A DNA stretch of 64,000 nt from positions 1-64,000 of the forward strand of contig LSRY02000015.1 in the NCBI GenBank assembly GCA_001643675.2, in the 5' to 3' direction. The translations under genes were made by a program, and so were the position numbers. This document shows positions 52,811 to 64,000 of this stretch, one piece after another. The notes below the pieces were generated by a model that worked only from the letters and a program-made list of their open reading frames with translations, ran no database searches and was not told the DNA's origin. The number at the start of each line of letters is the position of its first letter. Position 1 is the first letter of the stretch. This DNA comes from Monocercomonoides exilis PA203 (Eukaryota; Protista; Preaxostyla).

Positions 52811-54169
52811 TCACTTCTCCGACTTCAACCACTCAAATTCCTCAAAAACCGTCTTGATCTTCTTCATAGAAGCTCCTTCAAATAGCACCGTGTTGATGCA
52901 CTTCTGGCACATCCGGAACGACACCATCATGAAGTTCTCGCTCTCCTCCATCGGCTGCTGCAGCAGCGCCCCTTCAAACAGCACCGTGTAACTGTACAGG
53001 AGGAACAACAGCTCGTCTCCCATGAACTCCTCCCGCACAAACTTCCCAAACAGCCACACCTCCGCAAAGTCCTTCCGGAACAGCTCCACCCCGTACACCA
53101 TCGCCCACCGCGCCGCCTCGCTCTTCTTCTGCGCCGCGTGCTTCTCCCCCAGCCACATGTACACAAAGTCCCCAAACCCCTGCCTCCCTGCCCCCGCCCC
53201 TGCCCCTGCCCCTCCCCACCCGGCGCTGCCCCCGCCCACATCTGCCGCAATCTTGTCTCCGTATATCCCCCGGATCGTCGACAGCGTCCACACCAGCGAC
53301 GGCTGCAGCCCCGTCTTCAGCGGCGTCAGCAGCCGCTCCATCGGCACAGACGACCGCCGCGTGGGCGGCATCCGAAGCACATGCGCCGTTTCGTACGCCA
53401 CCTGCCCCAGCGACCCTGACACTGCGCTCATCAGCCGCTCCATCGCTGTCTGCCCAGCCGACAAAGGCACCCCGCCTGCCCCTGGCTGCCCTGCCCCCGT
53501 TCCACTACGCGAAGTCACAGGCCACTCCGACTCTTCCCGGTCTCGGCTGTCTGTCGTCTGCTCAAGAAGCATGTACAGCCGCTGCACAACAGTCGCCTTC
53601 CCTGCCCCTTCCCCCGTTGCTGCTCCAGCTGGCATCCAATCCTCCCGCTCTCTCTTCGCATCCTCGTGCGGCGACAGCGGAATCCCATATACCGCACTCG
53701 CATCTCTTTCTTCTGCCTTTCCCCCCTCCTCTGCCTCCTCGTATTCTCCCCCTCCGCTTCTGCTCCTCCTCCTCCTCCTCCTCCCCGCCCCATCCCTTCC
53801 TCTCCCCCCTTTCTCCTCTGCCCCGCCTTCCCTGCCCCCGCCAATCTCCCCCCGCAGCACCTGCTCCTCCAGCTCCCGAACCTGAACAACCAGCCGCTCC
53901 ACCTTCTCTTCATACGACGCCTTCATTTTCTTCTGCTCCTGCTTCTTTTGCGCAAGCGCCGTCTGCTGCTTCTCAATCACCTCCTTGAACAGCGCCTTCT
54001 GCTCGCTTATCGTCTGCTCCTGCACTTTCGACAGCGCCATCAGCATCTTCGTTTCCTTCTCCATCTTGTTCATCTTCTGCCGCACACTCGCATCCACTCC
54101 TCCTTCACCACCACCTCCACCACCACCATTGGCTCCAGCACTGTTCTTCTCTGATCTCTCGCTGATCAA
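52811..54169 (-). CDS. Major exon of a GC-rich multi-exon coiled-coil protein gene, possibly TSNAXIP1-like/flagellar-associated; flanking exons (~52440-55170) appear disrupted
   Basis: 452-aa ORF with a coiled coil followed by WTLSTIRGIYGDKIAAD..FGDFVYMWL..EVWLFGKFVREE..LLFLL. Minus-strand donor-like sites GTAAGT (~54225) and GTGAGA (~52813). The upstream coiled-coil segments contain in-frame TGA stops. Family assignment is from motif resemblance only. Confidence 0.55.
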   Translation of the reverse strand: MISERSEKNSAGANGGGGGGGEGGVDASVRQKMNKMEKETKMLMALSKVQEQTISEQKALFKEVIEKQQTALAQKKQEQKKMKASYEEKVERLVVQVRELEEQVLRGEIGGGREGGAEEKGGRGRDGAGRRRRRRSRSGGGEYEEAEEGGKAEERDASAVYGIPLSPHEDAKREREDWMPAGAATGEGAGKATVVQRLYMLLEQTTDSRDREESEWPVTSRSGTGAGQPGAGGVPLSAGQTAMERLMSAVSGSLGQVAYETAHVLRMPPTRRSSVPMERLLTPLKTGLQPSLVWTLSTIRGIYGDKIAADVGGGSAGWGGAGAGAGAGRQGFGDFVYMWLGEKHAAQKKSEAARWAMVYGVELFRKDFAEVWLFGKFVREEFMGDELLFLLYSYTVLFEGALLQQPMEESENFMMVSFRMCQKCINTVLFEGASMKKIKTVFEEFEWLKSEK

Positions 54170-56079
54170 TGATCTCGTTCCCTCACTTCCACCACCTCCT
54201 CAACCGCAGCTGTTTGTTTTACTTACATTTATCGCGCTCCTCACTTTCACAACAACAATCTTCCAAGAGGAGTACATCTCAAGCATCACAGCGCTACCAC
54301 CACAATACTCGCTGTAAACTTCTCCTTGTGCTTTTCACACAGCCCCAACGACAGAATCAAGGAAGCCAAAGATGGAACCATCTCCTAACAAACAGAGAAA
54401 CCAAAGAAGAAGATGTGGCAATTGTATCCTCCGATCAGCCATTTTCCACTTTTCATCCACACTCACCACTCCTCCTTGCTGAGCCCAGCACTTCTTCTCC
54501 TTCACCTGCTTCACCTGCATCACCTCTGCGTTGTGCTTCTCGCTCAGCTGCAGAATCTTCCTCTGATTCATCCAGATGATCTTGCCCTTCTCCTGCAGCT
54601 GCTCTACCAGCCCGCTCACCCGCTTCACCTCCTTTTCCTTTTCCAACTTCTTCTTCTTTTCTTTCTTCCAGCAAATTCAGCACAATCGCTGCAGGCGACA
54701 GAACCACATCTTCCATCATCAGCCCTTCTGCTCCACCGCCTCCAGCGCCTTCCTCGCGATCTCTGCAACTTCGCGCACTACAACCATTCGCCTCATCACT
54801 TTTTTATCCAGCTTCATCACTCTGCATGCCTCGTCTTCTTCTATCTATTCGCCAGCCATTCAATGTTCAATGAAGCCAGCGATGGATCAAACAGATTGCA
54901 GATTAACAGAAAATCATCCACATCAACCGCTGTTAATATCTGCTTCTTCACGACTTCTTTCTCAGCAACTCCTCAAGAAACGGGAGCAGAGCCAGAAGTG
55001 GAATGGAAAGCATCACACATTGAGCGGGTACGGCACGTTCTGTTCAGCTAAGCGCAGCAAGCCAACATTGAAACCTCGGAGTGCTTGCAGCAGTGGTTGA
55101 AGTGATTGCGAAGATTGAAGCAACAACAGCCCAGCTGCCTCAGGCACTTCAATCCTCAGCCGCCTCACTTTGTAGTGTAGTATTTTGTCTTAAGTGTGAG
55201 ATGAAACCACAGCCGTTTCATTCGAAGAGTCGACTGCAAGTGCCAATTATGATATGATGAGCTGATCCCTTGATGTATTGTTCTCTTCGCTTCAAAGCCT
55301 CCGAAATCGCAAAGGAAAATGGTATGTAATTTAAGTTGAAGATGAGGAAAATGAAAAAAGTTTATAGAGAAAAGATAACTGCTAAACTGCGCTGGCCACA
55401 AGACTCTTTTTCAGATTCACGATCATGTCTACCAACAACTCCATAGGAGACCCAAATATTACATCCACATGAAGCTCTTTAACGTCGCACACAGAAAATT
55501 CAAAGTTTTCAAAAGATATGAATAGATGAAACGGGTTTTCTTTATGCGATGAATTGAAAGAAAATAAAAAAAACTGATAAAAGGTGTATGAAGAAACGAA
55601 AGAAACAAAGAATACAATTATCTATTTGAATTTGAAAATGATAAACTTATTCTTTTTCGTGATTTCAATGTTGTGATTTTCGAACGGAAAATTTCGTGTT
55701 GTTTTTGATTTTTTTAAAATCCAGCATAAGATGTTTTTCATGAACAACTATTTGAATGGCATTTGAATATTTTTTGTATGAAATAGAAAATTTTTCTATC
55801 ATCAAAAATGAAAAGAAAAATATAGCAAAACAAGAAACTATTTCATTTTTTGTTTTCCAACAAAGAAAACTGTATAAAAATTTATCTGTATTCAACAAAT
55901 TAAAATTTATATTCTAATGCTTATTTTTTAAAAAAAAAATTAACCTAACAGTTACAAAGTTTGATGCAAATAATTTTTAAGATAAAATGTTTGCATTAAC
56001 GTTTATGTGAAAAAATGAAAAGCAATGTCATATCTGACTCATTGATACCAAATAAATAATAATTTGAATAAAAACCCTC

Positions 56080-56136
56080 AATGGGAAATATTTTTCTATA
56101 TTTAATGGGAAATATTTTTCTATATTTAATGGGAAA
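56080..56136 (+). repeat. 24-bp tandem duplication (about 2.4 copies)
   Basis: AATGGGAAATATTTTTCTATATTT at 56080 and 56104, partial copy at 56128. Confidence 0.9.
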
Positions 56137-56842
56137 AGAATAATCACTTTTATGCATCCACTTTGAAACAATTGAAACTTATTTTAGGTTCGAAGCATGG
56201 TTGATTATTTTGAAATCATTGCTTTTTCGTGGTGTTGTTTTTTCAAATGTTGTTTGTCATTGGGATGAGATTATGTATTCAAATTGTAAATTAATCACAA
56301 CAATTTCAAAAACAAATTGTTGAACTTTTATAGAGACTTAAATGTCTTAAATATGCCTTTTCGCTTTCGTGCCTGTATTTGTTTTTTTTTCAAGTTGGGG
56401 AAAATACGGGCTTTCAAGCTTTTTTTGCACTAGGTATTGAAAAATTGCTTCACTCATAACTTTTTTTCGCTTTCTCAGATTTCAAAATAAATTTGATATA
56501 CAGATCCGTAAGCAGGCATCGTGGAAATCAAAACATAAAGTTCTCCAACATTTCACGAATATCAAAAAAAATAAACCCGTTTTTGTTGTGTTTATTAATA
56601 TTAAAAAGTCAATTAAAAATGTATATTTTTTCAATGAAAAGCAAGAAGTGCAATATTTTGTCCCAAATCAACAATCAAATGAATATAACAAAAATTGGAT
56701 ATTATCACATCGGTCTTTGCACAACTTTTTGTGATTATATCCGATTGTGACAACATGCGATGCTGCTTGACGCGGAAAATAATAATAATAATAATTGGTT
56801 GTAATTAATATTGTGTCAATTTTTCCATATTTGAAAATTCAT

Positions 56843-58496
56843 GGCTAATGATAACTTAACGTAGTCATCGAAAAGTTCAAAAAATACAAAAATTTTAACA
56901 CATAACTGTTTATAAATATAAATAGAATGCATCCAGGGTCGAAAATATGAAAATTAAAAATGTGTTTTGAGAATAAAAATTTAAATAAAAATATTTTTAT
57001 TTATGGGTGTGATCAAATTTGTGCACAAATAGTTTGAAATTCAATATTAAAATATATAAATATATAAAATTTTCTTTTAAAAATATATCAAAAATAACTG
57101 TTATTGAAACGAGATGAGTAAGATTAATGATCCAAAAGATGAAATATTAACAATTATGAATATCACAAGAGATAACGGAGAAACATGGAATTGGCTAATG
57201 GAGGTTTTGCATGTGTTTCATCCTAAATTATGTGCAAATTGCAGAACAATCATGAAGGTTGAGAAAGTTGGACACAGAAGAAGATGGAAGTGCAGCAAAT
57301 GTTCAAAACGTATTTCATTGCTATCTGAAACAGCATTTTGCAGAAGTCATTTGGAAATTAGGATCATAATACAAATTCTTTTATTCTTTCATGTTGGAAT
57401 ACAAATTTATCAAACAAGTTCATTAACTAATGTAAGCAGGATATCTGTCAGTTATTATTATTCAATTGCTCGTGCAAGTTTAGCCTCATATGCTGTGGCA
57501 AAATTTCAAAAGCTTGGCGGTGAAGAAACAATTGTGGAGATTGACGAAGCCATATTAAGGAAAAGAAAATATCACAAGGGAAAGAAAAAAGCACAAATTT
57601 GGATATTTGGCATGATTGAAAGGAACGTTGAAGGAAAGAAAGGAAAATGTTTACTGCTACGAGTGCCAAATAGAAAGAAAAACACTTTAATTCCTATCAT
57701 CCAGGCAAATGTGATTGAAGGAACGATGATATACTCCGATGAATGGAAAGCATATCAGTGTCTGGAGACGTTGGGATATAAGCATTTAACTGTATGTCAC
57801 AAATACAACTTTCGTGATCCTCTCACTGGGACTTGCACAAATTTGATTGAAGGAACTTGGAGTTTGCTAAGAAAAAGTTTCCCTCGAACAGGAGTCAAAG
57901 CAAGATTCATTGATGATTTTTTGATGAGTTTCATTGGAAAAAGAGATGAAAATTTGACTATAAATGAATTTCTAACTCATGTCTTTCAATACAAACCAAC
58001 AAATGACATTAACGATGAAGAATCAGAAAGTGAGACCGAGGAAGATTTAACAATGGAGATCGATGATGATGAAAAAAGTGATCATAAAGAAACAAGTGAT
58101 GATGATGTTCCAGTCATTGAATTTGAAGACAACATGGATAATGATATCGATCCTTTTGGAGCTGGAGATGGAAGTGATGCATCATCGTTTGAGGATGATT
58201 AACAATTTTGATATTATCTTTTTCAAAAGCAGCTTTCTATGTCAAATAGTTATTTCAAAATCAAATTTTTTTTCATACCATTTGAAAATAGGTTCTATTT
58301 TATTAAATTTTAAATTAAAAAAAAATAAAATAACTTATATTATGGGATTTTTTGAAAAAAATGTGTTTTTCTGAAAACAAAAGATTGCTCGCATTTTCGG
58401 AGCTGACTTCTTTTAGTTAATCACATTATTGACTATTATGCAAAAAAATCGTAATTAAAACAAAATTTTTGCGACTACGTTAAGTTATCACTTGCC
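56843..58496 (+). mobile_element. Complete Merlin (IS1595/IS1016-related) DNA transposon, 1654 bp
   Basis: 24-bp TIRs GGCTAATGATAACTTAACGTAGTC (56843-56866) and GACTACGTTAAGTTATCACTTGCC (58473-58496), 22/24 match. Perfect 8-bp TSD AAATTCAT at 56835-56842 and 58497-58504. Contains a transposase ORF. Confidence 0.95.
57114..58202 (+). CDS. Merlin/ISXO2-like DDE transposase, 362 aa
   Basis: N-terminal CxxC..CxxC zinc ribbon (CANC, CSKC), catalytic motifs VEIDEA, IYSDEWKAY and TNLIEGTWS, acidic tail, intact frame. Confidence 0.95.
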   Translation: MSKINDPKDEILTIMNITRDNGETWNWLMEVLHVFHPKLCANCRTIMKVEKVGHRRRWKCSKCSKRISLLSETAFCRSHLEIRIIIQILLFFHVGIQIYQTSSLTNVSRISVSYYYSIARASLASYAVAKFQKLGGEETIVEIDEAILRKRKYHKGKKKAQIWIFGMIERNVEGKKGKCLLLRVPNRKKNTLIPIIQANVIEGTMIYSDEWKAYQCLETLGYKHLTVCHKYNFRDPLTGTCTNLIEGTWSLLRKSFPRTGVKARFIDDFLMSFIGKRDENLTINEFLTHVFQYKPTNDINDEESESETEEDLTMEIDDDEKSDHKETSDDDVPVIEFEDNMDNDIDPFGAGDGSDASSFEDD

Positions 58497-58985
58497 AAAT
58501 TCATCACAAATACACATCTCTCACTTGATTGAACAATTTTGATCATAAATACACATAATTAAGACTTATTTGAACATAATTTTGAAAAATTATTAAAATT
58601 GAAATTTTTGATCTAAAAATTAACTTTTCAATGAAAAAAGAACCCTTTATAAACAAAATGTGATTAAATATTTGTTTTCCCCGTGATTGTATGCGATGGA
58701 AAATAAATGAAAAAAAAGGAAAAATGTTGGTGCATCGAAAAATGTGATTATAAAAGATTTTGATAATATCCGATGTTAATATATCCGGCTAAGACTGTGA
58801 TTTGTCCATTAATTTGTTGCATGAGAACATTTGACTTATAATGACAAAACTGCGCAAGAAAGAATGAAACAAATCGTTGTTTTTTTATCAATTCAAGTAG
58901 TTTGACATATATGTCAAAATTATTTAAAAAAGTTCATTAAGATTTATTCTAAAAAATAATGAAAATTTTAAATTTTGATAAAATA

Positions 58986-59079
58986 TCTGTTCCCACTCAC
59001 GAAACAACACTCAAATGGAAATAATTATATTGTCTAGCATTTGTTTCAATTACAGCAAAATTTGGTGAGTGGGAACAGA
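58986..59079. repeat. Perfect 15-bp inverted repeat pair 64 bp apart; MITE-like
   Basis: TCTGTTCCCACTCAC (58986-59000) and GTGAGTGGGAACAGA (59065-59079). Confidence 0.7.
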
Positions 59080-60597
59080 AAATTGATAAAAATATGAAAA
59101 ACAAATCTCATTAGAAAAAAAAAACTAATGGAACTTAACAAAAACTTTTTGATTTATATATCAATAATTTCTTCTGAAAGTTCAAATTGTTTTAAAAAGG
59201 CTCATTCTGAAAAAAATTCAAATTCAATTGTGACAATGCATTCACACTAAATTATATATCTTTCTTTTTTTAATTATTCTGCTCAATCTTTCCGAGTCAA
59301 AAAAGTGTGATTTTTTTATGACTTTGAATCATTCAATGTTTTTTGTCAAGTTTTCTAATTATTCATCAAATAGCAAGAGTGAACACATCAAAACATGATG
59401 ATATTACTTTTGTGAAAGTTCAAGTTTAACAGTGAAATTGTGCAATTCTCTTGCAAAAACTGAACAAAAAATGAAACATTTCTTTCAAACGGACTGAAAC
59501 ACACTTTCAATTTTTTAAAAATAATGATGAAAAGACATTTTCATATTTGTATTTATGAGTGTTGGTGAAAAATCTGATACAAGAACTCTCCATTTTTCAC
59601 TTCAAAAAATGTTAGTTTATTATCTGTCTTTCTAAAAAAGGAAAATAGTCAAACAAACATATTTCTTATTATTTCACAACAAGTCCACGAATTTTTTAAT
59701 TTTAAATTTCACCTTTTTTAATTTATAATATTATTTATCTTCAATTTTTTTAAAGACAAGTTATTCCATTTAAATTACAATGAAAATCTTTGAACAAAGA
59801 ACAAACATCATCAATTGAAAACAAAAAGATATTTGTGATTGTATCTCCCAGCATTCGAATTCATTAATAACACTCAAATTTGAATCATTTTTGATGAATA
59901 AAATGGAAGTTAGTTTTATAATTGTTTCTTTGTTGAAAATTTGTGAATAAATCGAAATGAATGAAACTGATTCAAAACAAAAGAAGATTCTGTTAAAAAC
60001 TCAAAGTGTGAATGACAAGTGCAAAGAAGGATTGAATATATAAAAACAGTGCTTGAAAAAGCTGGTTGCTAATAATATAAACATTATAAAATGCAATGGA
60101 TTTGCATATTATTAACGCAAAATACATCATATTGAATAACAAATGAACGAAAATAAGAAGTCAAATGGTAACACGAAAACGCAAAAGTGAAATATTTAAA
60201 TGGATTTGTGTGAAATGGAAATTGTGACAAATACGAATAACAATGAAATGGTTGTAAATTTTGTGACATATTTCAAAAACAAAGGCGAAGTCAGACTTCA
60301 GAAGAAACAAAAAGCACAGCAGTCCAAATTAATAATAATAAAAAGAATATCAAACAAACAAAAACTTCAATTCAAAACAAAAGAAAAACACTCAACGTGT
60401 GCTCTCTCTTTTTTCAATAAAAATAATTCTAGCAACATCACAAATCAAAAGAAAGAAATAAATCGTGGTGATTGATGGTGTCAGCCATTCATAAGCGAAA
60501 TAACTTATTTGTTCATTCTTTTCCTCTCAAAAATCTTTATTCCCCATTTTCTGATTTTCAACTTTCAAACTTTCATATCAGAGAGAGAGTCTTCTTT

Positions 60598-63500
60598 TCA
60601 TCTGTTTGTTGTTGTGCTGTTTGTGCACAAAAAACCGTTTTCTTCAACTTTCCCACTCTCAATCCCACTGTCTGGCTCAAGTGTGATAGCATCTGAAATC
60701 GTCATTATCAAAGCACCTGGTGGAAATCCCTGAATGAGCTCTCTTTTCAATCCAGACAATGTTCCTCGAAGCTGGCTGTTTTGTTCCAGACAACTCTTCA
60801 CAATGTCCAACTTCGAACTTCCTCTTATAATCTCCAGTGGGGGCCTTTCTCCATTCACGATCTTCTGCCCTGCAACCTCTGCCTCATACTCCCCAAACGG
60901 GATTTGAAGGGTCAAACACTCCCACAGCATCATCCCTATCGAGAATGACACTGACTCCTTTGTTGCTCCCATCTTCTTGTTCATCTGCAGCTCTGGCGCC
61001 TTCCACCTCAGACACTCTTTTTTGAAACTATCTTCATCCTCAAAGGCTGATGAGGGAAGGGAGTCCTCATCATCATCATTGCCACTGGCAGATGTCACAA
61101 CAGTTGATGATGAGATGGAGGATGAATCTGAGTCATCATCGGACAATAAGTCTGAATGCATCACAATGCAGATGACCATGTGTTCTGAGAACAATACAAT
61201 GTGAGGGCTCAGATTGGAAAGAGATTGAAGAGGGTTTTCCATTTCATCAAACGAATGGAGAGCGAGATTGGCCACCCAGAACAACACCTGTGCAGCTGTC
61301 TGTTCTCTTTCTTTCAATGTTCCAATCGCCATCTCCTTTGTCTTATTCTTTCCATGAAGCAGCATGAACAGCGAATCCCTCAAATCCACAATCAATTTCT
61401 CATGAGGCGATGAACAGGCCATTGCATCCACCAGATTCGACATGGACGATGTTGTTGGGCACAGATCCTCCCCTCGAACAAATGTGGAATCTGAATCGGT
61501 TGAACATGTTGAAGAAATGGATGGAGAAGGAGTCTGTTTTCTAATTTCCTCTTCCTCCTCCTTTTCCAATGCCCAATCTGGGATCTTGTCTGAATCTTTT
61601 CCCAATATGTATTCAGTTGAACCACTCTCAGACAGAAGATGCTCTGAAGACTCAGAATGTTCCATGTTCGTATCATATATCCTCTTCTTCATTCTTTCTT
61701 CATTCTTCTTCTCTGCCTCCCTCTCAGCTCTCCTCCACTGCTCCTCAGGTGACATCTCCATCGTCACCATCTCAAACGCTTTCGGATCCTTTCTGATATT
61801 ATCGTTCACAATCTCTCTCAGATCTTCTGCTTCATTCTTTGCCTTCCTCCATCGAACAACAAACAAAATAAATCCAATCAGAACGATCAAAAATAATATT
61901 GCCAACACAATAACAATTAACAACCAATAAGACTTTCCTTCTTTCACTCCTTCAACAATCCTTTCATCTCCATTCACCTTTGGCTCGCTTCTGTTCTTCA
62001 CAATGAAAGAATCAGTGGATGATGGGTTTTTGACATCCCCAAAAAGAATGCTCACTCTCACCTCTGCCTCTTCTCCTGCCTCTGTTATCATTTCATTTGG
62101 CAGTCTCCCTTCAACTTCTGTCTCCGACACAAATCCACTCTCATCAAACTCATATTTCTCTATCTGCTTTTCTTCTCCAATCTGTTTCACAACCATGAAC
62201 GACAAGTTGCAAGGGAGAAGCAGCTTCCCTTTGAACACAACCTCCACTTCTTCTCCTTTCTCCCTTGTTTCAACACCCTCTAACGCTGGAATGAAAAATG
62301 ATGATGCTCTTTCAGAAACAATCCCTTCAAACAGACATCCATTATTCAACATCCAAAGTGATGTATTTTTCTCTTGACCATCTCCACCTTTCAAACTGAA
62401 AATGGTCAATGAAGCAGAATCAGAGCAGATGATGTTTCTTCTCAATGATGGACATTTTGTAATTGAAGGATTGTTGTTGCTGAAGTTTCCTGCTTCAATC
62501 TTCACATTCCCACTCGATATGGAAACTCCACCTGATGAAGCATTCAAAATTGTCACATCCTTCATCATCAGTGAAGAGTTGGCAGAATGAACAAGTGATC
62601 CACTCCATTCACATATCTCATCAAATGCATTATTTCTTTCACTCTCACTTTCTTTTAAGATCAGCCCTTCAAATTCACACATGTGCATGGAAACATCCTT
62701 CGTATTGTTCATCTCCATCATGCTTCCTTTGCTTGACAGAGAATAACAGTTTGAACAGGAACAATTTGAAAGAGAAATTTGAACAGAAGTTGAAGAAGCG
62801 GAAAGAACAGAAGCCCCTTCTGAATTCCTCGAGCAGTTCTTGAATGAGGAGCTTCCAACCGAAACACTTCCCGAAGCTGAACTGCCAACCGAAATGATGC
62901 AACCTTCAGATAACTTCACTTCATCAGCATCAATTCCATTCAGCACAACACTTCCACATTGTCCAATCTCAACAACATTTCTTGTTGATTCAATCTGTTC
63001 CAGCTTCATATTTGTCAACGAAATCTCTTCCCCACAAAACTGAAAGAATGGCTTCTTGAATGAAAGCATTGACACTGAGCAGTTGTCAACATGAACAATC
63101 CCCTTTGCAATGCTCAGCAAGGTTGAGTTGAGAGCAACAGAAGGTTGATTGATATTTGACTCTCCAGCAGATGAGAAGTCAACAAATGAAAGAGAAAGCT
63201 GCCCACTTGCTTCATGGATAATAGAGCTGCCTGAATAAGAAAACGATTGATCAAAGTTGAATTTCAATCTCTCAATCCGAACATTCTCTGATGTACTGAT
63301 GAGACTGCCATCATTGATATTTATTGTTGAGTTCAGATGCACCAAAGCAGTTGAGGGAGATTCAAGTGAGCGGATGATCACATCATGCACATCACATTCC
63401 CCATTGACGATCGTTTGTTCCGAGATCAACAGCTGCGAATAACGTGAAGGAATGATGTGTTGAACTCCAACATTCAATGAGTGGCATGGTGTGCTGAACT

Positions 63501-64000
63501 CTCCACATCGCTTGTTATCTTCGTGATTATCTGAAACTGAAGATACAAATATCGTCTCGCTCTGGTATTTCACAACCCTCAGCAGCAGATCCTCTTCTCC
63601 CTCAAACGAGTCTGTTGAACAGCCCCACATCGCCAGCTCCTTCACAAAAGGTGCTCTGAAATCCAGCAAGAATTGCTCATCAACTATCTGTGTTTCGATT
63701 GAGTGGCATCGAACATACACATCTCTCCCTCTCAATGCAGAGTTATCTTTGAACGTGATATTCGACAGCACAAAGTCCAGGGGCTGCTCAACCACCGAGG
63801 TGCATTCCAGAAACAGCCACCCGCCTCTTCCTGTTGTGGAACAGAAGCACTCAGAAATCGTGCAAAATGAGCAGTCAAACTTTCCTCCCTCATTCAGCAC
63901 ACAAAACATCCCTCCTCCCTTTCCACACCTCGTTCCACCACACTTCTTCATCGTTGTGTTTCGAATCACAATTTTCAATGGATCATCATCGTTGCCATTT
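60598..64000 (-). CDS. Large single-pass membrane protein with a beta-helix-like Cys/Ser-rich ectodomain and a C-terminal degenerate kinase-like domain; 5' part lies outside the window
   Basis: ORF of at least 1126 aa open to the window edge. GGG/GRGG..F..N.A..G.DVY repeats, TM segment YWLLIVIVLAILFLIVLIGFILFVV followed by RWRK, and kinase C-lobe motifs LRWKAPEL, FSIGMMLWE, IPF and GERP. No HRD or DFG motif. Confidence 0.85.
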   Translation of the reverse strand, partial: NGNDDDPLKIVIRNTTMKKCGGTRCGKGGGMFCVLNEGGKFDCSFCTISECFCSTTGRGGWLFLECTSVVEQPLDFVLSNITFKDNSALRGRDVYVRCHSIETQIVDEQFLLDFRAPFVKELAMWGCSTDSFEGEEDLLLRVVKYQSETIFVSSVSDNHEDNKRCGEFSTPCHSLNVGVQHIIPSRYSQLLISEQTIVNGECDVHDVIIRSLESPSTALVHLNSTININDGSLISTSENVRIERLKFNFDQSFSYSGSSIIHEASGQLSLSFVDFSSAGESNINQPSVALNSTLLSIAKGIVHVDNCSVSMLSFKKPFFQFCGEEISLTNMKLEQIESTRNVVEIGQCGSVVLNGIDADEVKLSEGCIISVGSSASGSVSVGSSSFKNCSRNSEGASVLSASSTSVQISLSNCSCSNCYSLSSKGSMMEMNNTKDVSMHMCEFEGLILKESESERNNAFDEICEWSGSLVHSANSSLMMKDVTILNASSGGVSISSGNVKIEAGNFSNNNPSITKCPSLRRNIICSDSASLTIFSLKGGDGQEKNTSLWMLNNGCLFEGIVSERASSFFIPALEGVETREKGEEVEVVFKGKLLLPCNLSFMVVKQIGEEKQIEKYEFDESGFVSETEVEGRLPNEMITEAGEEAEVRVSILFGDVKNPSSTDSFIVKNRSEPKVNGDERIVEGVKEGKSYWLLIVIVLAILFLIVLIGFILFVVRWRKAKNEAEDLREIVNDNIRKDPKAFEMVTMEMSPEEQWRRAEREAEKKNEERMKKRIYDTNMEHSESSEHLLSESGSTEYILGKDSDKIPDWALEKEEEEEIRKQTPSPSISSTCSTDSDSTFVRGEDLCPTTSSMSNLVDAMACSSPHEKLIVDLRDSLFMLLHGKNKTKEMAIGTLKEREQTAAQVLFWVANLALHSFDEMENPLQSLSNLSPHIVLFSEHMVICIVMHSDLLSDDDSDSSSISSSTVVTSASGNDDDEDSLPSSAFEDEDSFKKECLRWKAPELQMNKKMGATKESVSFSIGMMLWECLTLQIPFGEYEAEVAGQKIVNGERPPLEIIRGSSKLDIVKSCLEQNSQLRGTLSGLKRELIQGFPPGALIMTISDAITLEPDSGIESGKVEENGFLCTNSTTTNR

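Noticed and set aside
52927-54317. Overlapping + strand and alternative-frame ORFs over the 452-aa exon (likewise the antisense ORFs over the YR and 1126-aa genes)
   Set aside because: These are shadow ORFs caused by high GC or codon bias of the real gene.

Overview
This window is a eukaryotic chromosome end. It runs (CCCTAA)n telomere (1-~2350), a ~31.5-kb array of a ~359-bp subtelomeric repeat (to ~33919), then AT-rich unique DNA. A second telomere block at ~8500-9743 is interleaved with the repeat and is probably an assembly chimera. The gene families (47.4-48.7 kb family; large TM plus pseudokinase gene at the right end) resemble those I recall from the oxymonad Monocercomonoides; this is an inference, not a database result. 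The most unusual structure is the subtelomere. The array ends in a ~110-nt nested hairpin built on the palindromic core GCTCG-N-CGAGC, which occurs once per repeat unit. It is followed by three same-strand, divergent tyrosine-recombinase (YR) genes. The telomere-proximal one is intact and has a C-terminal Myb/SANT-like domain, and the other two are progressively decayed. A telomere-repeat remnant lies between copies 1 and 2. Both telomere junctions fall at the same base, at the apex of an inverted repeat inside the unit. Together these suggest a candidate telomere-associated YR-Myb element or recombination system. The window also holds an unidentified ~225-nt structured GC-rich island (candidate ncRNA), a complete Merlin/IS1595-type transposon with TIRs and an 8-bp TSD, a small MITE-like inverted repeat and several host genes. 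The ~200 ORFs called inside the repeat array are considered spurious.
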